Below are positions 10,464 to 21,519 of a stretch of 64,000 nt of DNA, one piece after another. Position 1 is the stretch's first letter; each line of letters opens with the position of its first letter. The DNA lies in assembly GCA_000165345.1 (NCBI GenBank), contig CM000431.1, forward strand, positions 544,001 through 608,000, given 5' to 3'. The notes below the pieces were generated by a model. It had not been told where the DNA came from. It made no database searches and was given only the letters and a program-made list of their open reading frames with translations. The position numbers were made by a program, and so were the translations under genes.

Positions 10464-11864
10464 CTAATGTTTGGACCTTTTATCTGGCGAGCCTTCTTCG
10501 CGGCTGTCTCCCGAAGGTTTCCTCTTACTTCCAACAATATCCATTGATGAATCGTAAGAACCTAGAGCTTTAGATTTGACAGGGCTATATGACGGGGTTG
10601 ATGGTTTTTTGTTCCCTCCTGTGGAGGAAAGGCGTCCTGAAGTTAATTGGTTGCTAAGTTCTTCCAATCTTCTCTCAACATATTGTTTATTTTCTATCGC
10701 TACAGTTGGTTCATTTTGATCATTAAGAGCATCAACGCGGATACATAATGATAACTTTGCTGCCAATATTCTGCTAATTTTACCCTTTAGTTTAGGTGCA
10801 GACTGCCCAACAACTGCCGCATGATATATGAGTCCATATTTTGGAGTGCTCTTCTTGGTCTTAAGAGCCCTAAATAAAGCCTTCTCTGCACCCAGAATTT
10901 GGACAGTACTAGAGGGATGTTTGGCAAGATTCATTAAACTGCCAGCATGAGAAATTAAACGGGCGCCAATAAGCTCTCCAACCATGTATGTAAGGTTTGG
11001 AGCGATTGTGGACATTCTCGTCTTTAAATATGTAGATAGTGACTCCCTATACTCTGAGAGCTCCAAAACACGGTCGCATAGTTCTATAATATTTTTTAAA
11101 TCCTCTTCAGTAATTTCTGTACCCATAGAAATCTCCGCAGCTTGTTTAATCTCAGCTTCCATTTCACTTGGAATATTACATGGTGGGGATTGCAAATTTG
11201 CATCACGAGTACAATGCCTAAAACCAATCACCTTGATGCAGTTTGCATACACATCACGGTCTGATATAATCTTTCCAAGTTCTGGGAAATGCCATCCGTA
11301 CCATTCTTTTAATCTCATTGCATAATTATTCAATTCACGATCTAAATCATCTAATAATGCTACAGCTTGAATAATCATTGTATCAATCTTCTCTGGACTA
11401 AACTTCAATTTAAATCGTCCTAGTGAGTGAGATAATGATAAAGCCATAGTTTTCATATCCTTTTCAGTTAATCCAGTAAGTAAGTCAGTTAATTGGTTTC
11501 TAATTCCCCTCATTACCTCCTGCATTTTAGGATTATAAACAACGTCAATTTCATACTTTTGCTTTATAAGACCCCCTAAAACCTTGTCTGCAACAGCTAG
11601 AGATTCTGATGCAGGGTTTGGAATGTTCTTCTTAATGAACTTGGATAAACCTTTACTTAACTTAGACTCAACCAAAGCTGTTGCCTCAACTAATGCTGAC
11701 TTTGTATCTTTGAACCTCAAAAAAGCTTCTAGAGAAACAGACTTCTGAACTTTATCTGGGTTCTGAAAGTACTCCGCAATTTCATCAGTATCCATACTCA
11801 GTAACTTTGAGTTTGTTACTCTAAACAGCCCATAGCCAGCCGGCGTTTCAAGGAGTACCAACAT
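10464..11864 (-). CDS. NOP58: Box C/D snoRNP protein NOP58 (NOP5/NOP56/NOP58 family)
   Basis: The N-terminus MLVLLETPAGYGLF, the NOP domain (WYGWHFPELGKII, AAEISMGTEI.EED, APNLT.MVGEL.GARLI.HAGSL.NLAK, LGAEKALFRALK, PKYGLIYHA) and the KKE/D-rich tail are all present. Confidence 0.9.
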   Translation of the reverse strand: MLVLLETPAGYGLFRVTNSKLLSMDTDEIAEYFQNPDKVQKSVSLEAFLRFKDTKSALVEATALVESKLSKGLSKFIKKNIPNPASESLAVADKVLGGLIKQKYEIDVVYNPKMQEVMRGIRNQLTDLLTGLTEKDMKTMALSLSHSLGRFKLKFSPEKIDTMIIQAVALLDDLDRELNNYAMRLKEWYGWHFPELGKIISDRDVYANCIKVIGFRHCTRDANLQSPPCNIPSEMEAEIKQAAEISMGTEITEEDLKNIIELCDRVLELSEYRESLSTYLKTRMSTIAPNLTYMVGELIGARLISHAGSLMNLAKHPSSTVQILGAEKALFRALKTKKSTPKYGLIYHAAVVGQSAPKLKGKISRILAAKLSLCIRVDALNDQNEPTVAIENKQYVERRLEELSNQLTSGRLSSTGGNKKPSTPSYSPVKSKALGSYDSSMDIVGSKRKPSGDSREEGSPDKRSKH

Positions 11865-12689
11865 TTTCTACACCTTTTTCTTTTTTCCCCTAAAGTCGAC
11901 TTCTTTTCAAGGCCTTACCTTTACTTAAAATTCCAAAAACCTTCAATAATGAGTCTTGCTAGAATATTCTTCGATCAACTCCTTTTGGAACCTTTATCTT
12001 CTCGAAAAACTGGTCATAAGATGACGACCCAATTACGTGTCTCGTGCCGCCAGCTATGGTATGACTGAATGAGCGGCAATGTATTTCTTAAAAATCCACA
12101 AATTATTACATGAAAAGGGTAAGTTATTGTCTAAACTGATATGTAGTAATTAATCTACTACCATAAACTACAACCAAAGGTTGCTAGTGTTTGTTAATTT
12201 GATATTTTGATCTTAAATTGGACTAATAAGTGTATAATTATAACTATGAACTTTCAATATTTTCGATAACTTTATTTAACAACATTTGGTTTTTTATACA
12301 AGTATAAGACTTCCTTTCTTTTCATTCACTATTTTCTGAATATTTCTATATTTAGTTTTTAATTGTTAAAATCAATATTTTAAATTTATTTATTTTTTTT
12401 TTTTAATCCCAAATGAAAAGATTAAATAGGAAATCCAACTAGTTTTTATTTTGATTATTATTTAAATAATTATTAGCACTAAACGGAAAGTTAAGTTCAT
12501 TCTCATCAAGATTTTTTCTTCAATTGAGCTTCACTTCCAACTAATTTGGATTTTCTTGCCAAATGATTTAACTAAAAAAGCACTCAAGGCTAGCCCTTTT
12601 CCATCAAAAAAAAATGTTAAAGCATAATGAAATGGAAATAATTAAAATATTAAACAAGTTTCTAATGATTTTCAAACTAAACGCAAGCA

Positions 12690-15600
12690 CTATCCGCTTA
12701 ATTTGGGGTTTTCTGCTTCATTTAAATCTAAAATATGTTCATCGCTTTCAGCTATGGATTTTTTATTTTTATTCTTTATTCTTCTTAATAATTCAACAAA
12801 AACACTATCATTACAGCCATTTCCCAATACACGTTGGGGATCATGGAATAAATAAGAAGGTATATAACTTTTTGGTTGTATACGATGTAAAATCATATTT
12901 CTATTCATAACAATATTTCTTCTTTCTTTAACCTTCTGGAGTATGTTTCCTTCATCCATCTTCATCTGTGAATCAGTTGATACATTCTCCCTATCAATCT
13001 CGACCAATTTTTCATTTTCATCCATATTATCTGTATCTATTTTTGAGTTATTTGTATCCGATTTTCCTTTGATTTGAGAAATATACGTCTTTCTACGGTG
13101 TTTAACCCATAATATGCTCATTGTTGAACTAATACTTGATATTACCTCCTCTGTTAATAATCCTGCCTTTTTTGTATTTGGTACGCATCTATATTGGTAT
13201 AGACTTGGCTCAAAATAAAATAAATCATTTAAGTTACCTTTATATTTTTCTGGAATACGCAATATATCCAAATCCTTACAAAATTCCGGTAATAATGTCT
13301 TTTTCTTATCCATTACATTCTTTTGTTTTTTCTTTGCAGAAATGATTCCACCCCAATTATCTAACTTATGTCCAGTATCCAATTCATCTGTACTTAACGA
13401 AATTTTTTCAGATTTCCCTGCTTCTGTTTTTTTTAATGAAACTAATTCGAAACCGTATAATTCACTGTCATCTGTTATTACTGCAATTGAATTAACAGTA
13501 CATGCTACTTGTGTCAATATTTTCTTTTCCCATATACTATGCCTTACAATTGTTGGGCATTGAATTGCTTTATTTGAAATTGTAGATGAATTTTGCGATT
13601 TTAAGTTGATTTTACTTATACCAAAATTTTTCATTGCTGAATGTGATGAGTTACTACCCCCAGTTTGCTCATGAACAGTAAAGTTTCCCCATAAATACAT
13701 GATATTAAATCCATCTTCAACTGTAGCACACACAAAATCCGGCCCGGCACTAATTGATGAAATAGTAATTTTATTACCTGAAATCAATGTTAACAAACTT
13801 CTCCTTCTTACTTCTTTCTTCAGTTCTTCTGAATATTCAAGCTTTAATAAATCAGTCGTAGGCAACGGAAGTAATGTTGGCACTAATAAATGTCCTTTTT
13901 TACTCATGCCTAACTGGCCCTTGTCATTCCTTCCCCAAATAAATAGGTTCTGAGTACATATAATATTAAACCCATTTCCACATAAAATTTGTCTCACTCC
14001 TCCATTCTTGTTTCCTTCATTTTTATTGTTATACTCATCTTTTCCGATTTTTCCATTTTTTTTATCGTAATTTTTATTTGTACTTGATGAGTTATCAAAG
14101 TTGGGTAATTCTACCCTAAATGGCTCATAAAAATTGGCGTTACTACTTACAGTATCATACTCTGCCAAATGGCCATATAATGTTTTGAATCTATAATCCT
14201 CCAAGCATACATGAGTTCCTGCCCCCCACATAAAAACTGCACCATTTTGAGTAACTACACCACAGTGCCTTGCGCCAGCTGAAGCCATGTATACCTGTTC
14301 TTCTTTAAGTGGTTCAATCATCTTTGGACTCGGGATATATGAATAATTATGTCCATGGCCACATTGCCCAAATATGTTTTCGCCCCATGTGAATAGCTTT
14401 CCATCCGCTGTAATCGCCATTGAATGATCTGATCCGCATCCTACCCATCTAATTCTTCTTGTATAATCTATCTGTCTTATTAAATAACGAACAGTCTTCC
14501 CTGTTTTTTCATTCTTTGTATACCTATATTCAGAATCAATGAATCTTACAGGTTCCCTTATATTCGATGATACCAAGTCCATAACAGGAACTCCTAATTG
14601 GCCTTGATCATTAACACCCCAGGAATATACATGATTTCTATATTCAAAGTTCAATAGCTTTCCAGAAGTCTGTCCTAACAATGCACCACTATTTCCACTC
14701 TTTGAAAATTTATGATTGGATAAATCCTCGTTATCAAATGAATCAATTTCAATATTATCATCCCCTTGCCCTGCCAAAATTCGTTCTGCTATTAATACTA
14801 AGGTATGCCTTTGTCCTACTGAAAATTGCAATATTTTCAATGGTGGAAACTGTTTTGTTGGAGCAGTTTCAAATATTGCGCCGCATAATCTTCTACACAA
14901 AGTCACAAAACCTCTTCCCCATGTGCTTGGATAATAATCGCCAACATCTTTAACAATACTTAATTCTACAGGGTTTAAAAATACAGTATTGCTTTCAACA
15001 ATTTTTGCAAGTGGTTGGAATAACCCTTGCATACTTAATAACGGGTATCTCATCATATTAAATTGTTTTAATTCTCTTGAGATTAAATTATTCATTTCTA
15101 CTGATTTTTTTACCGGATCTTTTGGAATTTTCTTTTGTATCTTAAATTTACTTAGGGTTTTAATTAATGAGTTTCCTGAATCAATATGTTTCCTTAGTGT
15201 AAATGTAACTCTCCACCACTGCTGTAATAATGTTATTGACTTTATTGCCTTGAAATATCTATATACTTCCAAACATGTGTATGCTCTACATTGTACTACT
15301 TGAGCGGAAAAACGTAATTTGACATATTGTCTTCTGCACAAAGCCATACGAAAAACTCTTTGAATTATAATAGCTTTGTTTACAACCTCTCTATGAGCTC
15401 TAATTTGCTCTCTAAATACATGGCTTCTTCTTAAAGTTCCTCTATATTCGATATGCTTTGCAATTCCAAGTCTAATTAGTGACTTCCTTTTTAGAGCTAA
15501 AATACATCTTTTCAGCATAAATAATTTGCAGAATTTCTTTCTTACTAACCATCCACGGAACACTGCTTGAATCTTAACTGCTTTGAAATTGGGTGTTTTT

Positions 15601-18600
15601 GTAAATGCTAATTTTTCTACCAATAATGCTTGTGCTTTAAGCGTTCTCCATGCTGATTGTATTACTTGGATTGAGAACTCTCTAAATTCATTATAACGAT
15701 AAAGTGTAAGCCTTCGGCGAACCATTTCACCTCTCCACCAAGCTTGAATTGATGTTGCTGCAGAATTTCGAAAGAATTTCCTTTCATCTTCTCGTTGTTG
15801 CGCTAACTCTTCCAGTTTATCAAATATGGTAGATGTTTTAACCCATGGAATTGCTAAATGTATTAGTAATGCTAATCCACAAATAAATTGCCGATAAGGG
15901 AGTATTTTTCTCCATAAAATACAAACAAACCTCATCCTAATTAATGATTGTATTCTCACGCTCATCAATCTTAATTTAGAAATAAATAATCTTGGTTTTA
16001 AAGTTCTCCATGCATTTTGAAGAATAATAGATGCTGGCAACGCTTTTTTCAAATATTCTTCTCTTCTTCGTTCGAGAACTAATACCATCTTATTTCTTAG
16101 GAATAAATTTTGTGTTCCAATTAAATATTCGACTTCAGGTACTTCTAATCCATGCAGTAAAGTTCTTATCGAGTCCCTTAAATTTTGTTGGGATTTTAAC
16201 CTTTCTAAAATACCCTTTTTGTGTATTCTAGGGATATATATTTCACTAAATTTGAGCAAAAAGACTCTTAGTGGGATCTTTACCGTGAAACCATACTGCT
16301 GAAACAAGACCTGAGATGAAATATCATACATTTCCAAATCATTTGTTATTTTAGTTTCAGATATCTCTTCCTCAGTTTTTTTACCCAATTGATAACTACT
16401 TGCACAAACTGAAAAGAATAGTTTTCCTCTTCTTAACATTGAATCCACCATCTTGGTAGCTTTTAATGCAATTTGAGACATTGAAGGAGATCCTGGAATT
16501 GCGCTTAATCTTATCCAAGTTAAATCCATAAAATCTTCAGTTTTTTTCCAAAAATTTTCAAATTTTATTATTTCAGGATCCTCATCAATGGATAATCTAG
16601 CTTTCTTTTTTTGAGCTGTACCTTTGTAGATATTCTTTTCTTGCATATATTTTTCATCTGTTTCTAAAATGGTTGTCCAGCATGCGCGAATGATCTTATT
16701 ATTTGACTTTCTAAATAATTCATCGACCTTCTCTGGAACTTGATTCAGGTTATCCTCTTCTGCCATAGCTATCATGCTATAATTACAGTTCCCAAATGAA
16801 TGATTAATAGTAACTTCAGGAGGTAGATAATCTGGCAATTCGCCAGCCTGCTCATCCTCTACTAAAACGCTTGAATGCAAACTATTAGCAGCATAATCTA
16901 CCTCAAAATCATTAACTACTCCAGAAAATAAATCATTGCCCATTGAATCTGCTCGATTTCCACGCTTTGTTCTTATCTTCCTATACTTTCTTATTTTTTC
17001 AGAATTTGAATCGTGGTAATCTTTACAAATTTGTTTTTTTCTTTTTAGAAGTTCATTATATGGCTCTTCCTGAAACTTTGATTCTCCCTTAGTAATAAAT
17101 TCATCGTTTGCCTTAAGCAGTTCGTTTCCTGTGAATGAACGTACAAACTTAGAATAAATTGACTTTGATGGATCCAAATCTATTCTCCCAAATTCATCGC
17201 ACGGAGTAGGTTTGTGAAGCAACGATGACTCTGTTGGATCTTTTTGTATTTCTGAAATAAATTCCTCAACCCTTCTTTGTCTTTTTGAAGTAATTTTTAG
17301 CAAATTCATAAATCCTTTTTCTGGATCTTCAAACAAATCAGTAATTGAATCAATATCACTATAGTTTAGCTTAATCATATTGAGACCTTCAGATTCAAGT
17401 ATCTTTTTCTCCGAATCAAATATTTCGTGAATATAATTCTTTTTTAATTTTTCCTCACAATAATTTTGCATTGCATTCGAAAATGAGAAACCTTCTTTTA
17501 TAAATCCAGGGCCATGAATTATTGTGAATGACTCTAGTCCTAGTAAATTGGTAACAGCAGGACGAAGGTTTTCATTGCATATAAAAACAACCCAATCTAG
17601 TAATCTGCAGTATAGAGTAACTTGTAATTGCACAAATTCATAACATGTTACTATATTTGTCCTTAAATCTTCAATTTCAATCCCCAATAATCTTGCTAGC
17701 AATGGGAAAAAAACGATTTTAGAGTCATTAATTTCATTTATAGTTGAATTACATAATATTGATACATATGAGTCAATGACTACAATTGCAAATACTACCT
17801 TAAAAAAATCAATCTTTTGTGTATCGTTTAACCCTAGTGAATTTAACGATCCAACAGTCATTTTAAAACCGCGGAGTTGATCAATATAATTTGTGTTCAT
17901 ATCTGGAGAAACTTGAGTTAAATATAGCATTGTTTCATCATTTGATAATTTTAATGATTTTATCAAAGGATTATTACTGTCTAATATTAATCCATGTGCT
18001 AATTGGTAAAAAATTGAAAAAAAAGGACCAGTTCTTGACCAATATGATACTGGAGATGTGTTAAAAGACCACAAATGCAAGTGAGATCCCATTAAACATC
18101 CATCTGAAGCAACAAAAATTCTCCAAACTTGCCCACAATAGCTTTGGCCATAATGATAGAATTTATTATCGCCATTGTTACCTTCTCCAGGTGTTTGAAT
18201 AAAACTTCTAGCTATATGAACAATAGAAGCAATTTTCTCGGAAATTGCATAAGAGCTCTTTATATACTTATACAAACTGAGATTTTTTGCTAAAAACCTA
18301 ATTAACATATGCATATTAAAACATTTTCCAGTATTTTGCGCTCCCATGATAATTATTGTCTGGTCCTGGTGATTCTCTGCCCAACTAACCAATGCACGCC
18401 TCGCTAAAGAAAAAATGTGAGGTTCAAATTTTGTTTTCATTTCAGTCCAAAACCTCTGAATTTCCAAGCTGCTATACGCCTCCATTAGCCTTGGAATTTT
18501 TTCTACTCTTGGGAGGATGAAAATCAATAAATTCCCACTAAAAGTGTAGCAAAACCCAGCTGCGCACCTTTCGCCAAGCATATGTGAAATCCCATGAGGA

Positions 18601-18941
18601 GTACAAACATCAAGCAAAGATAAATCTGGGCTTTTAATCGGATTATCTATAATCAATCCTATCTTGTGTTTTGGATAACTTTTTATTGCAAATATACTTT
18701 TTGAATTAATCGAGCTGAATTCAACCATAGCATTTTCACCTAAATTTGCATCTCTTAAAAAACCTCGTTTAACGACTTCTATGTCATCATCTCTATTTTT
18801 TACCCAAACAGGAATTCCGAATGGAATAATTGACTCTTTTTGGTCATTTGAATCATTTCTTTCTCCCAATTTTTTTTTAATTTGAATATTTATTAATTTA
18901 TTTTTTTCTACCTCAAACTCATCACCTTTTTGAGAGTACAT
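12690..18941 (-). CDS. Unconventional myosin heavy chain with a divergent motor domain, about 6 IQ motifs and a C-terminal RCC1-repeat (beta-propeller) tail
   Basis: The N-terminus has the myosin SH3-like fold and the conserved head region (LSLLDVCTPHGISHMLGERCAAGFCYTFSGNLLIFILP ~ LNEASVLHNLRERY..IYTYSG.F). The P-loop position reads GAQNTGKC rather than GESGAGKT. The IQ motifs include IQAWWRGEMVRRR, IQSAWRTLKA, IQAVFRGWLVRKKF and IQRVFRMALCRRQY. Four or more RCC1 blades are visible (YSWGVNDQGQLG, FTWGENIFGQCGHG, FMWGAGTHV, FIWGRNDKGQLG). The ATG is at 18941; the track start at 18959 is a TTG. Confidence 0.7.
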   Translation of the reverse strand: MYSQKGDEFEVEKNKLINIQIKKKLGERNDSNDQKESIIPFGIPVWVKNRDDDIEVVKRGFLRDANLGENAMVEFSSINSKSIFAIKSYPKHKIGLIIDNPIKSPDLSLLDVCTPHGISHMLGERCAAGFCYTFSGNLLIFILPRVEKIPRLMEAYSSLEIQRFWTEMKTKFEPHIFSLARRALVSWAENHQDQTIIIMGAQNTGKCFNMHMLIRFLAKNLSLYKYIKSSYAISEKIASIVHIARSFIQTPGEGNNGDNKFYHYGQSYCGQVWRIFVASDGCLMGSHLHLWSFNTSPVSYWSRTGPFFSIFYQLAHGLILDSNNPLIKSLKLSNDETMLYLTQVSPDMNTNYIDQLRGFKMTVGSLNSLGLNDTQKIDFFKVVFAIVVIDSYVSILCNSTINEINDSKIVFFPLLARLLGIEIEDLRTNIVTCYEFVQLQVTLYCRLLDWVVFICNENLRPAVTNLLGLESFTIIHGPGFIKEGFSFSNAMQNYCEEKLKKNYIHEIFDSEKKILESEGLNMIKLNYSDIDSITDLFEDPEKGFMNLLKITSKRQRRVEEFISEIQKDPTESSLLHKPTPCDEFGRIDLDPSKSIYSKFVRSFTGNELLKANDEFITKGESKFQEEPYNELLKRKKQICKDYHDSNSEKIRKYRKIRTKRGNRADSMGNDLFSGVVNDFEVDYAANSLHSSVLVEDEQAGELPDYLPPEVTINHSFGNCNYSMIAMAEEDNLNQVPEKVDELFRKSNNKIIRACWTTILETDEKYMQEKNIYKGTAQKKKARLSIDEDPEIIKFENFWKKTEDFMDLTWIRLSAIPGSPSMSQIALKATKMVDSMLRRGKLFFSVCASSYQLGKKTEEEISETKITNDLEMYDISSQVLFQQYGFTVKIPLRVFLLKFSEIYIPRIHKKGILERLKSQQNLRDSIRTLLHGLEVPEVEYLIGTQNLFLRNKMVLVLERRREEYLKKALPASIILQNAWRTLKPRLFISKLRLMSVRIQSLIRMRFVCILWRKILPYRQFICGLALLIHLAIPWVKTSTIFDKLEELAQQREDERKFFRNSAATSIQAWWRGEMVRRRLTLYRYNEFREFSIQVIQSAWRTLKAQALLVEKLAFTKTPNFKAVKIQAVFRGWLVRKKFCKLFMLKRCILALKRKSLIRLGIAKHIEYRGTLRRSHVFREQIRAHREVVNKAIIIQRVFRMALCRRQYVKLRFSAQVVQCRAYTCLEVYRYFKAIKSITLLQQWWRVTFTLRKHIDSGNSLIKTLSKFKIQKKIPKDPVKKSVEMNNLISRELKQFNMMRYPLLSMQGLFQPLAKIVESNTVFLNPVELSIVKDVGDYYPSTWGRGFVTLCRRLCGAIFETAPTKQFPPLKILQFSVGQRHTLVLIAERILAGQGDDNIEIDSFDNEDLSNHKFSKSGNSGALLGQTSGKLLNFEYRNHVYSWGVNDQGQLGVPVMDLVSSNIREPVRFIDSEYRYTKNEKTGKTVRYLIRQIDYTRRIRWVGCGSDHSMAITADGKLFTWGENIFGQCGHGHNYSYIPSPKMIEPLKEEQVYMASAGARHCGVVTQNGAVFMWGAGTHVCLEDYRFKTLYGHLAEYDTVSSNANFYEPFRVELPNFDNSSSTNKNYDKKNGKIGKDEYNNKNEGNKNGGVRQILCGNGFNIICTQNLFIWGRNDKGQLGMSKKGHLLVPTLLPLPTTDLLKLEYSEELKKEVRRRSLLTLISGNKITISSISAGPDFVCATVEDGFNIMYLWGNFTVHEQTGGSNSSHSAMKNFGISKINLKSQNSSTISNKAIQCPTIVRHSIWEKKILTQVACTVNSIAVITDDSELYGFELVSLKKTEAGKSEKISLSTDELDTGHKLDNWGGIISAKKKQKNVMDKKKTLLPEFCKDLDILRIPEKYKGNLNDLFYFEPSLYQYRCVPNTKKAGLLTEEVISSISSTMSILWVKHRRKTYISQIKGKSDTNNSKIDTDNMDENEKLVEIDRENVSTDSQMKMDEGNILQKVKERRNIVMNRNMILHRIQPKSYIPSYLFHDPQRVLGNGCNDSVFVELLRRIKNKNKKSIAESDEHILDLNEAENPKLSG

Positions 18942-19196
18942 TTCCAAAAAAAATGTCAATACGTATACTTAAAGGGAATAGATCTCTCGTAAAAATTAGT
19001 TTATGTCCTAAATTTTTTTCATATCATTTAATTGCTTGAACTATTTGCATTATTTCGTTGCAAATGTTGTCCACTTACATGCAGGTCACCTAAAGACAAA
19101 ATGCCCGCCGAATTAATAATGGGGAAAAAATTAATTTAGCAAAATTCAAGCAAAATTAAAAAAAGTCACACTATTTTTTTTTTGGAGTAATGGATA

Positions 19197-20171
19197 ATGA
19201 ATGTTAGACTAAATTTTTTGCTATATACTGCCGTATTAGTCTTTATATGCCTTACTAGCTCTTGCCAGTCGTATGAGTCGTTTGATCCAAGATCTCCTAA
19301 TGGGGGTGTTACTTTAAATGGATATATCCAAAAACCAGGGATTTTTTATTTCCTAAATGAGGAACTCCGTTGGAGAGATCGTGACTTTCCATTTTACAAT
19401 ATGTTAATGAGCACTGTTGCTACAACTTTTATTAATCTTATTAATCAAATTGAAAAGAATGAGGAAGGATTAATGCTTTATTATAGCAGGGAAGTAGCTA
19501 GACTTGCAAAAAAAGGGGAGGTGATTAATTCAATTTACAAGAGCTTTTTAACAGTTAAGGGCTCGAAACATGAACTAAAAATTTATGAAGAACAGTTCAA
19601 GCCTTTATGTAAAAGTTATAGAATTGAAATAGCAAAAAGTCCCATTATATCAATTGTTTCCCATTCGACATCCAGATTAAATGCTTATGATTATCTTATT
19701 CCATTTATTCCAAGTGAAGTTCTAGACCCGGTAATGAAAAAGTTTTCAATCGAAGTAACTAAGTTTTTGTGGCCTCAGTCTTTTGCCGAAATGTCCAATG
19801 TTTTTATCACTATGATAGAAAAATTGGAGAAACTATGCAAAAAAATCAACTTCAATCTGCTAGAATCATGTAATGAATATATGCAGCAGTCTAGAAGTTA
19901 CTTGATTGATCTCATTAAAAATCACGAGAAATTTTTAAAGTATTCAAAAACGAAAAATGCAAATTATTTGGAATTTTCTAATATCTTGAGAAAGCTACGC
20001 GGCGAAATACTTTCGTTCAAACCTTACCAGATTGTATTAAGGAAGTTAGATCCAGTTAAAGCAGATGCACTTGGGGTGCCCATGTTTTCTGGATTCAATC
20101 ACAGCATACTTGATGAAACAATGAAAGAATACTATGAAATATTAAGAGATCGAAGGTTAAAGAACAAATAA
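19197..20171 (+). CDS. Hypothetical secreted protein with an N-terminal signal peptide, 324 aa
   Basis: It begins with the hydrophobic leader MNVRLNFLLYTAVLVFICLTSSC and has no recognisable domain. It sits convergent with the next gene. Confidence 0.45.
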   Translation: MNVRLNFLLYTAVLVFICLTSSCQSYESFDPRSPNGGVTLNGYIQKPGIFYFLNEELRWRDRDFPFYNMLMSTVATTFINLINQIEKNEEGLMLYYSREVARLAKKGEVINSIYKSFLTVKGSKHELKIYEEQFKPLCKSYRIEIAKSPIISIVSHSTSRLNAYDYLIPFIPSEVLDPVMKKFSIEVTKFLWPQSFAEMSNVFITMIEKLEKLCKKINFNLLESCNEYMQQSRSYLIDLIKNHEKFLKYSKTKNANYLEFSNILRKLRGEILSFKPYQIVLRKLDPVKADALGVPMFSGFNHSILDETMKEYYEILRDRRLKNK

Positions 20172-20187
20172 TGATTATAGTTTGGAT

Positions 20188-21519
20188 TTAGCTTGAAATT
20201 GAATTAATATTAATTATATATATCGGAAGTACTTGCTTTGCGTTGCTAATAGTATAGCACCTCTTTTTAAAGCATTCCATTGGTCTGTCAGTAATCACCA
20301 AGCAAATTAGAAACCTGGAAATTTTTTTAGTTTCGTATAATTCTTCAAACTCATAAAAATTCATATCATATTTATTTTCAAAGGTTTGTGGCCCACAGGT
20401 ATTAGCTAGGAGTATTTCGGGCTCTTCTATATATATTAGCAATTTTAACTTAATAAAATTAATTGAACCTTGGTATAATCGTTTAATACTATCTATAAAT
20501 CTAGTCCTTGCATGACAACAAAATATTTTTCCAATCCCAACAACTTTAATGCTTGTTTGCGATGAACCGTAAATTTCTCCTTTGATTGAAATTAAATCTT
20601 CCACAATCTTTATTTCTTGTTGTGTACAATAATACGGTAAGAATGAACTTTCGAAGCATGAAATTCCATTTGGAGGCATAACAGATATTGATAATAGTTT
20701 TGATTCCATACTATTTGACCTTTCTAGACGTTCGTAGATAGGTTCTTGAAACTCATTTTTATTATGTAGTTTTATTTTCCTTTTATCTTTTTTTAACCTT
20801 CTTTCCAAGTTTCTAATTTTCTTGTCGAGATTATCAACTATCTCTCTAGTTTCTAAGTCATATTGCTTTAATAAAGTTGCATGGGGTGATTCTTGTTTTT
20901 CAAAGTTTTCTTTTCTATTATTGTTTTTATAATCACTATCTAATTTAGGATTGCAATTTGAACCATAGTTTGATTCAAAATTATTTAACTCTATGTTATT
21001 TTTGGGAATGTTTTGATTAATTTGACTTTCATCTTTTCTCTCGTTATTTCTCCTCAATTGCGGAGTGGATAAGTTACTTGTAGTCTGAAATGAGATAATC
21101 TTTTCAACATTGTTTAAATCAGGTAATTTCGATTTGGAAGTTGAGTAATACCTTTCAATTAACTTATTTACAAATGAACTATTGTAGCTTATTGAACTCT
21201 CAGAATCTATTCCTGAGCAAGTGTTCATTTCAGCATTATACTTTTTCTCATTTTGGCCATAATACTTGTAATTCCATTTTTTTTCATCATTGCGTCTCAA
21301 ATCCATACATTTCTCATTTTTGTTCAATTCTAGCTGGCGCATATTATTTCTAATATTGAAATCATATTTATCCCTCGAATGCCCAGTATCTGTCTGACTT
21401 TTCAGGTAAGAGACTGATTTAATATATCTTCTCAAGCTAGCCAGTTTTTTTTTGCATCTTGAAATAGTCAAATCAACATTTGTTGATACTGGGAAAAATA
21501 GATCAGTTCTTTCATGCAT
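20188..21519 (-). CDS. Hypothetical protein, 443 aa: N/K/S-rich low-complexity N-terminal two-thirds and a more ordered C-terminal third
   Basis: It is a long uninterrupted ORF with an ATG start. The region KRKIKLHNKNEFQ is coiled-coil-like. The C-terminal 130 aa are compositionally normal (..KVVGIGKIFCCHARTRFIDSIK..TCGPQTF..). Confidence 0.4.
   Translation of the reverse strand: MHERTDLFFPVSTNVDLTISRCKKKLASLRRYIKSVSYLKSQTDTGHSRDKYDFNIRNNMRQLELNKNEKCMDLRRNDEKKWNYKYYGQNEKKYNAEMNTCSGIDSESSISYNSSFVNKLIERYYSTSKSKLPDLNNVEKIISFQTTSNLSTPQLRRNNERKDESQINQNIPKNNIELNNFESNYGSNCNPKLDSDYKNNNRKENFEKQESPHATLLKQYDLETREIVDNLDKKIRNLERRLKKDKRKIKLHNKNEFQEPIYERLERSNSMESKLLSISVMPPNGISCFESSFLPYYCTQQEIKIVEDLISIKGEIYGSSQTSIKVVGIGKIFCCHARTRFIDSIKRLYQGSINFIKLKLLIYIEEPEILLANTCGPQTFENKYDMNFYEFEELYETKKISRFLICLVITDRPMECFKKRCYTISNAKQVLPIYIININSISS

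Noticed and set aside
12614-12910. 98-aa plus-strand ORF overlapping the 3' end of the myosin gene
   Set aside because: It is antisense to the myosin C-terminus and low-complexity.
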